Program-made: the position numbers and the translations under genes
Origin: Clostridia bacterium
GTDB lineage: Bacteria; Bacillota; Limnochordia; DTU080; RSA5
DNA: 64,000 nt
Assembly: GCA_002919235.1 (NCBI GenBank)
Contig: PKEX01000009.1
Location: forward strand, 67,617 to 131,616
Direction: 5' to 3'
The notes under the pieces: model-generated
Database searches by the model: none
Told to the model about the DNA's origin: nothing
What the model saw: the letters and a program-made list of their open reading frames with translations, nothing else
Shown here: in pieces, positions 52,511-60,720 of the stretch
How the letters are laid out: every line of letters starts with the position of its first letter
How positions within the stretch are numbered: the stretch's first letter is position 1

Positions 52511-52820
52511 CCTCATCGTCACCATTGTGAATCGGGGTGCGGCAGAGGACGTCATCGACGCCGCCCGCGAAGGAGGGGCGGAGGGAGCCACCGTGGTGCT
52601 GGGCAGGGGCAGCGGGATCCACGAGAAGGGGACGTTCCTCGGCATTCCCATCGAGCCCGCCAAGGACCTGGTCCTCATCGTGACCCCGGAAGAAAAGACC
52701 GACCGGATCTTGGAATCGATCCAGCACAAGGTGGAACTGGACAAGCCGGGACACGGCATCGGTTTTGTCATCCCGCTCAAGAAGGTCGTGGGCATCGCGC
52801 ACCTCGGGCGGACGTCGTGA
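52473..52820 (+). CDS. PII-like signal transduction protein
   Basis: LIVTIV.RG....V..AAR..GA.G.T...GRG.G, EP.K..V.I, PG.GI.F..P...V.G. Confidence 0.85.
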   Translation: MQSPRELNNQAFDLIVTIVNRGAAEDVIDAAREGGAEGATVVLGRGSGIHEKGTFLGIPIEPAKDLVLIVTPEEKTDRILESIQHKVELDKPGHGIGFVIPLKKVVGIAHLGRTS

Positions 52821-53073
52821 CGCACCGGGATCGCGGCGCGCCCCCGGCTCCCGGAACGCCGCGTCCGTTTTCTCCCCTGCCGCAAGAGTGAGTGACCCAT
52901 CCGCCGCAGGCCCCGGGAAACGCCCCGCGGGTCTTGCGGCGTGATTTGCTTTGGGACGACGACGGGGCTTTCCGCCGAACTCTTCCCGTCTCCACTCCCG
53001 CGGTCCGGGGCGCGTCCCGGCCCGGGCCCCCGACCAGGAGATCCCCTCGCCGGAGTAGAAGCTTTTGGCAGCG

Positions 53074-53088
53074 GTGAAACGTTTTCAC
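53074..53088 (+). promoter_or_regulatory. LacI-family/cre-like operator upstream of the xylanase
   Basis: GTGAAACGTTTTCAC near-palindrome with central CG, about 30 nt before the start codon. Confidence 0.65.
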
Positions 53089-53118
53089 TCTTAAGATCAG
53101 CTTGTGGGGAGGATGTAG

Positions 53119-54984
53119 ATGCGCCTGAGACGCACGGGGTTGCCGCAGGTGTTGTCGCTTCTCTTGAGCCTTTTGGCTTTGGTCGTCGCCGGGGCGGCCG
53201 CGCCGGCCGCTGCGCAACCGGAGGCGCAGGATCAGGCCGCCGCCGGCTCCGGGCCTTACCGGAACACCCGGGGCATTCCTTCGCTGAAAGAGATCTACGC
53301 CGACAAGTTTCTGATCGGCTTTGCCACGGGCCTCTACTACTCGGAAGTGGAGGACCTGATGGCTCACCTCTACAACGCCCTCACGCCTGAAAACGAGATG
53401 AAGTGGCAGTCCGTCCAGCCCGCTCCGGGGCGGTTCAATTTCAACGCCGCGGACCAGCTGGCCCGCTTCGCCGAGCAGAACGGCATGAAGCTCATCGGCC
53501 ACACGCTGGTGTGGCACAGCCAGACGCCCCTCTGGGTGTGGCAGCGGCCCGACGGCACTCGCCGCACGCGCGAGGAGCTGCTCCAGATCATGGAGGAGCA
53601 CATCCGCAGCGTGGCCGGGCGCTACGCCGGCCGCATTTACCAGTGGGACGTGGTGAACGAGGCGGTCGAGCAGTACGGCGGCGTCTGGCAGCTGCGCCGT
53701 TCGCCGTGGCTGGAGATCATAGGCGAAGACTACATCGAGCACGCGTTCCGCATCGCCCACGAAGTCGATCCCCGGGCGATGCTCCTCTACAACGACTACA
53801 GCAGCACCGATCCGGGAAAGCGCGACCGCATCTACCAGCTTCTCAAGGACCTGCTGGACAAGGGCGTACCGGTCCACGGCGTCGGCATGCAGGGCCACTG
53901 GAACCTTTACTACCCGTCGGCCGAACAGATCCGCCAGGCCATCGAGAAGTACGCCTCCTTGGGCCTGCGGGTGAACATCACCGAGCTCGACATCAGCGTC
54001 TACGAATGGTCGGACCGGAGCAACCGCTACCCCACCGGCCTGCCCGAGAGCATGCTCGAGCGGCAGGCGGAGCGGTACGCCGAGATCTTCCGGGTTTTCC
54101 TGGAGTACCACCACGTCATCGACCGGGTGTCGTTCTGGGGGACCACCGACCGCCGCAGCTGGCTCAACAACTACCCGCAGCCCAACCGGCCCGACCACCC
54201 GCTTCTGATCGACAGGTACGGCCAGCTGAAGCCGGCCTTCTGGGCCATCGTCGATCCGTACCGCCCGTGGTACGTCAACAAGGCAGAGTACCTGGGTGCC
54301 GCGGTGTTTGAGACGGCGGACGGAACCGAGGTGGGAACCCTTATCCCCGGCAGGTACCAGCTGGAGGAGCTGGCGGCCAAAGGGTTCGACCTCGCCCGCG
54401 TTGAGCGGCTCGCGATCGAGCGCGGCCACATGGTCACCTTCTATGAAACTGCCGACTTCGACGGCGAATCGTGGGCGTACACGGGAACGACAGCCATCGA
54501 CGGGGCCGGCCTGGCGCAAAAGGTCCGCTCGATGGTGATCGAGTACACCGGAGCCGCGAACGTCGCCGCCCAGCGGCCCGTGACGGCCAGCGCCGATGAG
54601 GCGCGGGCCGTCCGGGCCGTGGACGGCGACCCCAACACCAGCTGGTCTTCGAACCGCGGCGCGCCCTATTGGCTCGCCGTCGACCTGGGAGACGAGTACA
54701 CCCTCACCGGCTGGGCAGTGAGACTGGCCGGGAGCAGCTCGCTGCTGGGCGGTCCCTCCGAAGGCCCTCTCAACGCCGCCGACTTTGAACTGCAAGTGAG
54801 CCGCGACGGGGTGAACTGGACCACCGTCGACCGGGTGGAAGGCAACACGCAGAGTATCGTCGAGCGAGAGATCCAGCCGGCCACCGGCCGGCACGTCCGG
54901 CTGTACGTGAGCAAACCCACGTCGCTGGAGTTCAACAAGAATCTCGTGGTGTACGAGTTCGAGGTCTACGGGTTTACGCGGTGA
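53119..54984 (+). CDS. Secreted GH10 endo-1,4-beta-xylanase with a beta/gamma-crystallin-like domain and C-terminal CBM32 (F5/8 type C)
   Basis: Signal peptide; TPENEMKW, GHTLVWHSQ.P, WDVVNEA, YNDY, GMQGH, ITELD; AVDGD..T.W, WL.VDLG, S.DG.NWT, RHVRL, EFEVYG. Confidence 0.92.
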   Translation: MRLRRTGLPQVLSLLLSLLALVVAGAAAPAAAQPEAQDQAAAGSGPYRNTRGIPSLKEIYADKFLIGFATGLYYSEVEDLMAHLYNALTPENEMKWQSVQPAPGRFNFNAADQLARFAEQNGMKLIGHTLVWHSQTPLWVWQRPDGTRRTREELLQIMEEHIRSVAGRYAGRIYQWDVVNEAVEQYGGVWQLRRSPWLEIIGEDYIEHAFRIAHEVDPRAMLLYNDYSSTDPGKRDRIYQLLKDLLDKGVPVHGVGMQGHWNLYYPSAEQIRQAIEKYASLGLRVNITELDISVYEWSDRSNRYPTGLPESMLERQAERYAEIFRVFLEYHHVIDRVSFWGTTDRRSWLNNYPQPNRPDHPLLIDRYGQLKPAFWAIVDPYRPWYVNKAEYLGAAVFETADGTEVGTLIPGRYQLEELAAKGFDLARVERLAIERGHMVTFYETADFDGESWAYTGTTAIDGAGLAQKVRSMVIEYTGAANVAAQRPVTASADEARAVRAVDGDPNTSWSSNRGAPYWLAVDLGDEYTLTGWAVRLAGSSSLLGGPSEGPLNAADFELQVSRDGVNWTTVDRVEGNTQSIVEREIQPATGRHVRLYVSKPTSLEFNKNLVVYEFEVYGFTR

Positions 54985-55052
54985 CCGGCCCGGGCAGACA
55001 GGCCTCCATTCTACAAGACCTGTGTGCTGACGGCAAGGGCTGGGAAGCGAAC

Positions 55053-55097
55053 AAAAAGCCCGGGACGCCGGCCACCTAAACGCCGGCGTCCCGGGCT
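55053..55097 (-). terminator. Terminator between the xylanase and hsp20
   Basis: AGCCCGGGACGCCGGC / GCCGGCGTCCCGGGCT hairpin with an A-run on the plus side. Confidence 0.75.
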
Positions 55098-55121
55098 CGC
55101 TCTCGTCCCGGCGACCGGAGG

Positions 55122-55541
55122 CTAGTTGAGCGCGATCCTCCACCGTCTCTCCGCGTCCGCCTTGGGCAGCGTGATCACCAGCTCACCCTTGTTGAATTCA
55201 GCGGTCACCCGGTCGTGGGCGATCTCGCCGGGGAGCTGGATGCGGCGCTCGAACCGGGTCACGCTGCTGGCCCGCTCCCGGCGCAGGAACCGCCTGCCTT
55301 CGTTCTGCACCCTCTCGCCCTTGATGATGAGGACGTTGTTGCGAAGCTCGATCTCGATGTCCTTCTTGTCAAAGCCCGGAAGCTCCGCCGTGACGATGTA
55401 CGCCTCGTCGGTCTCTTCGACGTCCACCGGCGGGGTGAGGGCGAAGGGAGCAAAAGCGAACGCCGGGAACTGGAACGCCCGGTTGAAGAACTCATCCATC
55501 TCCGTCCAGATATCCATGGGCCTGGGAACGAGAAATCTCAT
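55122..55541 (-). CDS. Hsp20/alpha-crystallin small heat shock protein
   Basis: PVDV.ET...Y.V.AELPG..K.DI, L.I.GER, RRER, F.R...LP, A.F..G.L.ITLPK. Confidence 0.92.
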   Translation of the reverse strand: MRFLVPRPMDIWTEMDEFFNRAFQFPAFAFAPFALTPPVDVEETDEAYIVTAELPGFDKKDIEIELRNNVLIIKGERVQNEGRRFLRRERASSVTRFERRIQLPGEIAHDRVTAEFNKGELVITLPKADAERRWRIALN

Positions 55542-55568
55542 GGCTTCGGGACCTCCCTCTCGCGGATC

Positions 55569-55624
55569 TGACCTTTCCTGACCTTTCGCCTTCATCTTAC
55601 CACCATTGGTCAAGATTGGTCAAG
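55569..55624 (-). promoter_or_regulatory. CtsR-type heptad repeats overlapping the hsp20 promoter
   Basis: GGTCAAGattGGTCAAG (plus) and AGGTCAggaaAGGTCA (minus), each with 10-nt period; minus strand TTGACC-18-TAAGAT with extended TG. Confidence 0.75.
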
Positions 55625-55669
55625 ACCCGCGAGCGGAGGTTCTGGTCCGGAAATCGAACTGCGTCCCGC

Positions 55670-56068
55670 TTATCCCGCCTGCCCTCGCGCTTTTTGCATC
55701 CACGGCAGAACCGCGGTGTTGTAGATCCAGCAGCCGATGCAGAACTGGACGCTGGCCTGCAGCGCCGCAGCCGCGAAGGTCAGGGCGGCGAGCACCAGGG
55801 CCAGAACGCCCGCGCCCGCGATCCCCGCCAGGGCGGCGCCCAGGAGCATCGCTCCGCCCATGCCGGCCGCAAAGCGCTTGGGATGCAGCGTGGTGCGCTG
55901 CTCCGTCCCGCTGAGCACCGAGACCCAGCGGTCCAGGAGGTTTGCCTCCGGCCGGATGGCCCCCACCAGCATCATCGCGCCGAACACGCCCAGAAGCCAC
56001 CACAGCCCCGCGAGCGAAAGAACCGCCGTCACCGTCAGGACCGTCAGCGGTTGGATCCTTGCCGCCAT
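55670..56068 (-). CDS. DUF4395 family membrane protein
   Basis: PKRFA..MG and C-terminal FCIGCWIY. Confidence 0.75.
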   Translation of the reverse strand: MAARIQPLTVLTVTAVLSLAGLWWLLGVFGAMMLVGAIRPEANLLDRWVSVLSGTEQRTTLHPKRFAAGMGGAMLLGAALAGIAGAGVLALVLAALTFAAAALQASVQFCIGCWIYNTAVLPWMQKARGQAG

Positions 56069-56196
56069 CGCTCCGTCTCCTCCCCGCGCCGGGTTTCCCG
56101 GCGTCCTGTTGTCTCGACCTGTCTCCCTAAATCCTATAGATCCGATCTAAGTTATTATAATTAGCGCGGCGGTCGGCGGCAACCTCCCGTCCTCCC

Positions 56197-56997
56197 TCAC
56201 GAGGTGAGCGGCAGCCAGCTTCGATCCGCGCTGCGGAAGGCTTCCAGGAGCAGGCGGTTCGCCCGCTGGTTGATTCGCGCGGCGGCCCGGTGCGCCGGGC
56301 TGTACCTTTCGACCGGCGACACCGGGTATTCACCGCAGATGTCCGCCCCGCGCAGCGTGCGCCGGCTGGCGATGAACCGGATCAGCTCCGTCACGACGTC
56401 CAGCTTCATCGAGCCCTGTTCCCAGTCGGTGACGGCATCCGCGGGGTCGAGGACGTCCTTGTCGACGCTTATATAGACATCCCGAGTGGTAAGGCGGGAC
56501 ATGACGGCAGGAAGGATGATCTTCGCATTCTCGCCGGTGACCGGTCCAAAGATGGAGACTTTCCGTCTCAGCTCCGGGCCGAAAGCGGGCGGGATCGCCT
56601 TGGCCGCGTCGCTCCGGGCGCCGACAATCACCACCTGTTTGAGCATGGGTAGTTCCGCCAGCGCCTTCAGCACCCACGACCCGCAGGTGATGAGGCTCTC
56701 GTCCGGGCTTTCGATCATGTCGGTGTGGTAGTCGAAAAGCACGAGGGAAAAGGGCGTCTCGATCTCCGCCAGGAGGAGGTAGGTGACGTAATGGTAGCTC
56801 CCGCTCCCGATCAACGTGACGCCCCGCCGCCGGCGCCGGCCGAGCCTCCGCCGGATGACAGCCAGGGTCTCGAGGGAGCAGTACCGCTTGGTGCCGGGAA
56901 GATCCGAGAGGTCGATCCACTCGACGGCCTGCTCATTGAGGAAAGACTGCCATTGGTAGCTGTGGTCAAAGTCAAGAACGGTAACGCCCTCGTACAT
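56197..56997 (-). CDS. Arginase/ureohydrolase-fold family protein
   Basis: GSGSYHY, LVLFDYHTD, CGSWV, VYISVDKDVL, TDWEQG, GADICGE. Confidence 0.82.
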   Translation of the reverse strand: MYEGVTVLDFDHSYQWQSFLNEQAVEWIDLSDLPGTKRYCSLETLAVIRRRLGRRRRRGVTLIGSGSYHYVTYLLLAEIETPFSLVLFDYHTDMIESPDESLITCGSWVLKALAELPMLKQVVIVGARSDAAKAIPPAFGPELRRKVSIFGPVTGENAKIILPAVMSRLTTRDVYISVDKDVLDPADAVTDWEQGSMKLDVVTELIRFIASRRTLRGADICGEYPVSPVERYSPAHRAAARINQRANRLLLEAFRSADRSWLPLTS

Positions 56998-57418
56998 CTG
57001 TACCGCGCTCCCTTCCCTCGCCCCAGATGCCTATGGCCGCTACCGGTGATTTGACTTTGCACCCAATGGCTCGACCGCTGTCACATCGCCGCTTCACGTC
57101 TACGGGACCGATACTGCGGCGAAACCATTTCTCTCGTTGAGTCGTCCTGCGCCGAACTTGAGAAACGGCTCTTCAATCAATCTCTTCAATCAATATAGTA
57201 GGGCGGCGGCTTCCTTCTTGCCAACGGCGGCCTGGCAGCGCCTTTGGTGAGACCCGCCGCGCAGGGGACAAGATGAAGACTCTACAAAGGTGAATTCCGT
57301 GCCGGTGCGGAAATTCTCACGAATGTAAGCCTCCTGCTGCAGACCGATTGACATTTCCGCCGTCGAGGCGTTCAAATTTTACGAGGCACCAGCGATCACC
57401 CTTCGAGGACGATGCCAG

Positions 57419-58252
57419 ATGACCGGAGCGCGGGAAGATTTCCCGGGGGCCTTTAAGGCTTCCGCGCTGATCACCTTGGAAGACGTGACGTATCTCTACC
57501 CCGGTGCGGACACGCCGGCTCTCTCCGGCGTCTCGCTCACCGTTTCGCCTGGAGAACGCCTGGCCATCATCGGGGCGTCCGGCTCGGGCAAGTCCACCCT
57601 GGCCAAGCTGATGGCGGGCCTTCTCCAGCCCACTTCCGGCCGGGTGGTGCGAGAGCACGGCGATGCGGCCATCGTCTTTCAAAACCCCGAAACGCAGCTC
57701 ATCGCCGCCACCGTCGAAGAGGACGTCGCCATCGGGCCCGAAAACTTGGGACTTCCCAGCGACGAGATCCGCCGGCGGGTGGAGAACGCCCTGGCGACGC
57801 TGGGCATTTCCCATCTGGCCAAGCGCCCGGTCTCGGCGCTTTCCGGGGGCGAAAAGCAGCGGGTGGCCGTGGCCGGCGCCCTGGCAATGGAGCCCAAATG
57901 CTTGATCCTGGACGAAGCCACGGCCATGCTCCACCCGCAGGCCAAGCGACAGCTGGAGGAAGCGCTCTTGCGGATCTCCGCCCGCTCCGTGGCGATCGTC
58001 CAGATCACCCATGACATGGACGAAGCCGCCCGGGCCGACCGCGTCGCCCTGGTTCACCGGGGCAGGCTGGCGGCGTGCGGCCCGCCGGATGAAATTCTAA
58101 GCGAAGCAGAACTGATCTCCGCCGCCGGCCTGGAGCCGCCGGCCGCGGTCCAGCTGGCCCTGGCGCTCAGGCGGCGCGGCCTGCCGCTTCCGGACGTGCC
58201 GCTGGACGTGCGTTCCCTGGCTGACGCCGTCCTCAAGGCGGTGGTGCCATGA
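57419..58252 (+). CDS. ecfA: ECF transporter ATPase EcfA
   Basis: GASGSGKST, VFQNPETQ....TVEEDVA.GPENLG, LSGGEKQRVA.AG.LAM.P, LDEATAML, ITHDM. Confidence 0.9.
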   Translation: MTGAREDFPGAFKASALITLEDVTYLYPGADTPALSGVSLTVSPGERLAIIGASGSGKSTLAKLMAGLLQPTSGRVVREHGDAAIVFQNPETQLIAATVEEDVAIGPENLGLPSDEIRRRVENALATLGISHLAKRPVSALSGGEKQRVAVAGALAMEPKCLILDEATAMLHPQAKRQLEEALLRISARSVAIVQITHDMDEAARADRVALVHRGRLAACGPPDEILSEAELISAAGLEPPAAVQLALALRRRGLPLPDVPLDVRSLADAVLKAVVP

Positions 58253-60150
58253 GCATCGAAGCCCGGGACGTCGCGTTTTCCTACGACGGGGAACGGCCGG
58301 TTCTTCGCTCCGTCTCCTTCTCCGTCGGTCCGGGAGAGCTCTGCGCTCTGGTGGGCCCCAGCGGTAGCGGCAAGAGCACGCTGCTCCTGCTCCTCGCGGG
58401 CCTCGACCGCCCCGAACGGGGAGCCATCCGCGTGTTCGGCGCCGATCCCGCCCGGCGAGACCCGCGGACCCAGGCGCCCGGCGCGGGCCAGCCGGGGCAC
58501 GGCCCGGTGCGTGCCGAGATCGCGCTGGTCTTGCAGCAGCCGGAGCGGCAGTTTTTCAACCAGACGGTGGAGGCCGAGATCGCCTTTTCCCTCAAGCGGA
58601 TGGGCCTATCCCCTCAGGAGATCGACGAGCGGGTAGCCCGGGCCCTGCACGACGTAGGCCTGCCGCCCGACGTTTACCTCAAGCGCTCGCCGTTCCACCT
58701 GTCCGGAGGCGAGCAGCGAGCGGTGGCCATCGCCGTCGCCCTGGCCCTGTCGCCCCGGGCGCTGCTCCTCGACGAACCCACGGCCGGCCTGGACCCGGCC
58801 ACCGCCCGCCGCATCCTGGACCAGCTCGATGCCTGGCGCCGGGCGCACCACGCCCCGGTGATCCTCGTCACCCACGACATGGCCTTTGCCGGGGCGAGAG
58901 CCGACCGCCTCCTGGCGCTGTCGCAAGGAGAAGCCGTCTTCTTCGGCCGGCCCGCGGCGTTCTTTCGCGAGAAGGCGCTGGTCGAACGGCTCGGGCTGGA
59001 CGAGCCCGCGCCCTCGGCCTTTCTCCGGCATCTCTGCGAGCAAGGCCTGGAAGTGCCTTACCCGCTCTTTGACGTGGAGGAAGCCGCTGCGGCGGTCGCA
59101 GGGGCTGTTGCCCGAGCCACCGGCACCGCCGGAAGCCTAGGGAACGCACGGAGCGTAGGGAACGCAGAGGGTCCTCGGAGTGCAGGGATTTCGGGGATCA
59201 CGGCGCCCGCTCGCTGCGCCGGGAGCGCCGGGGAAACCGGAAACAGCGGGAGCGCCGGCCGCATCGGAAGCACCGAGGGCACTGAGAGTACTGGGAACGG
59301 CGGCGACAGCGGGAACACCGGAAGCGCCGGCCACAGCCACCGCCGCCGGCAAAAAAACCGGACCGCCGGGAGCGGCCCCCACAGGGGCTATCTCGACGTT
59401 CCTGGTCCACTGCACCCTCTCGACCCGCGGGCGAAGACCCTCGGAACCCTTTTCCTGCTCGCCGGCGTCTTTGCCCTCGAATCCTGGTGGGGATACGCCG
59501 CGATTTCCGCCCTGCTCCTCCTCGCGGCGGCGTACGGCAAAATCCCCCTGGCCCGGCTCACCGCCGCGGTGCGGGGTATCAGCTTCCTGCTCTTCTTTAC
59601 GGTGGTCGTCAACGGGCTCTTCTCGCCCGGGGAGCCCCTCGCGCAGCTGGGCCCGCTCACGCTGACGGACAGGGGGCTCGTCCGGGGAACCGTCCTCGGC
59701 ATGCGGCTGGTCCTCATCGTCGGAGCGACGACGCTGCTGACGGCGGTAACGAAGCCGCTGGATCTGGCGTATGCCCTCGGCTGGATCCTCGGGCCCTTTC
59801 GCCTCGTGCGGGTCCCGGTGTCCGAACTGGCCATGGTGACCAGCATCGCCTTGCGCTTTATCCCTGTGCTCTCCGCGGAAGCCCAGCGGATCCAACTGGC
59901 GCAGAAGGCCCGGGGAATCGGCATCGAAGACCGTCCCTTGAAGCGGGCGCTGTCGCTGGCCCCCATCATCGTCCCCCTTTTCGCCGGGGCTCTGCGGCAG
60001 GCGGACGAACTCGGCCTCGCCCTCGAAGCCAGGGGGTACGTGCCGGGAAGGCCCCGCACCCGGCTCCATCCCTTGCAGTTCCGCACGGCGGACGCCGCCT
60101 TCCTCGCGGCCTGCGCCGCCCTGGCCCTGGTCGCCTGGCTCTGGCTCTGA
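58249..60150 (+). CDS. Fused ECF ATPase EcfA' - transmembrane EcfT
   Basis: N-half GPSGSGKST, QQPE.QFF..TV..EIAF, SPF.LSGG; low-complexity linker; C-half LH.LDPR.K, IALRFIP, AQKARG, ALEARGY; single open frame. Confidence 0.85.
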   Translation: MSIEARDVAFSYDGERPVLRSVSFSVGPGELCALVGPSGSGKSTLLLLLAGLDRPERGAIRVFGADPARRDPRTQAPGAGQPGHGPVRAEIALVLQQPERQFFNQTVEAEIAFSLKRMGLSPQEIDERVARALHDVGLPPDVYLKRSPFHLSGGEQRAVAIAVALALSPRALLLDEPTAGLDPATARRILDQLDAWRRAHHAPVILVTHDMAFAGARADRLLALSQGEAVFFGRPAAFFREKALVERLGLDEPAPSAFLRHLCEQGLEVPYPLFDVEEAAAAVAGAVARATGTAGSLGNARSVGNAEGPRSAGISGITAPARCAGSAGETGNSGSAGRIGSTEGTESTGNGGDSGNTGSAGHSHRRRQKNRTAGSGPHRGYLDVPGPLHPLDPRAKTLGTLFLLAGVFALESWWGYAAISALLLLAAAYGKIPLARLTAAVRGISFLLFFTVVVNGLFSPGEPLAQLGPLTLTDRGLVRGTVLGMRLVLIVGATTLLTAVTKPLDLAYALGWILGPFRLVRVPVSELAMVTSIALRFIPVLSAEAQRIQLAQKARGIGIEDRPLKRALSLAPIIVPLFAGALRQADELGLALEARGYVPGRPRTRLHPLQFRTADAAFLAACAALALVAWLWL

Positions 60151-60180
60151 GCCCGGCCCATGGCCGTGGACCGCGCGAGG

Positions 60181-60200
60181 TGACGGCGGCGCCGCCGTCA
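60181..60200. terminator. Perfect 20-bp palindrome / hairpin after the ecf genes
   Basis: TGACGGCGGC-GCCGCCGTCA. Confidence 0.5.
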
Positions 60201-60249
60201 GGAGCGCTGCCGCTGCTTCATGCTTCTCGCGGGCTCGACGCCCGGGTGC

Positions 60250-60595
60250 TGCCCGTTCTTGGGCGGAGACGAGGCTCTTGTCGCCCATTTGTGAGCATGG
60301 AGATCCTCCCGGCCGCCCACCGGCGGGGAGCTTGATGACTTGTGAGCACTTTCACAATGCGGCCCGGTTCTGGGTACCTCGTTTAGCTGGGACATAGACG
60401 AAACGACAGCGGCCCTGCCGGGCGCGTCCGGCCCCTCGCGACCGCCCTTGCCCGGTTCTGGGCAGCCGAGACCACTCTCTTGCCCATTTTTGGGCAAGAA
60501 GAACGCTGAAGCCGCCCATATGCGAGCCGATTGATGACTCGTGGGCACTTTCACAATACGAACCTGAGCCGCTCACTCCGTTTCGCTGGACAAAC
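60250..60595. repeat. Degenerate direct repeat with 199-bp offset containing phased palindromes
   Basis: Blocks TGCCCG, GCCCATTT, GCCGCCCA, TTGATGACT.GTG.GCACTTTCACAAT and GTTT.GCTGG all recur exactly 199 bp apart. Confidence 0.8.
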
Positions 60596-60720
60596 AGGGG
60601 GACGGAAAGGCCGCGATTCCAGAGACCGCAGTTCGCTGCAGTTCCGTAAAGCCTGCGACTTGCTGCCGCTCAAATAGGACTCCAGCCTAGCGGAATCCGA
60701 TAAACAACACACACTGCAGC

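Noticed and set aside
52777-55143. 788-aa minus-strand ORF and similar long antisense ORFs (e.g. 38540-40681, 24010-25551, 40761-42335, 2085-3533)
   Set aside because: Shadow frames of real high-GC genes, with no motifs or RBS.
57060-57082. CCCAATGGCTCGACCG resembling part of the M-box (ykoK) riboswitch
   Set aside because: Wrong strand for the arginase-like gene, and other M-box elements (GGTGAGGCTCC etc.) are absent.
57273-57293. Mini-ORF MKTLQR* upstream of ecfA
   Set aside because: Weak RBS, no informative codons and no attenuator structure; expected by chance.
60250-60595. CRISPR array interpretation of the repeats
   Set aside because: Only two degenerate long units, no identical 25-45-bp repeats with unique spacers, and no cas genes.
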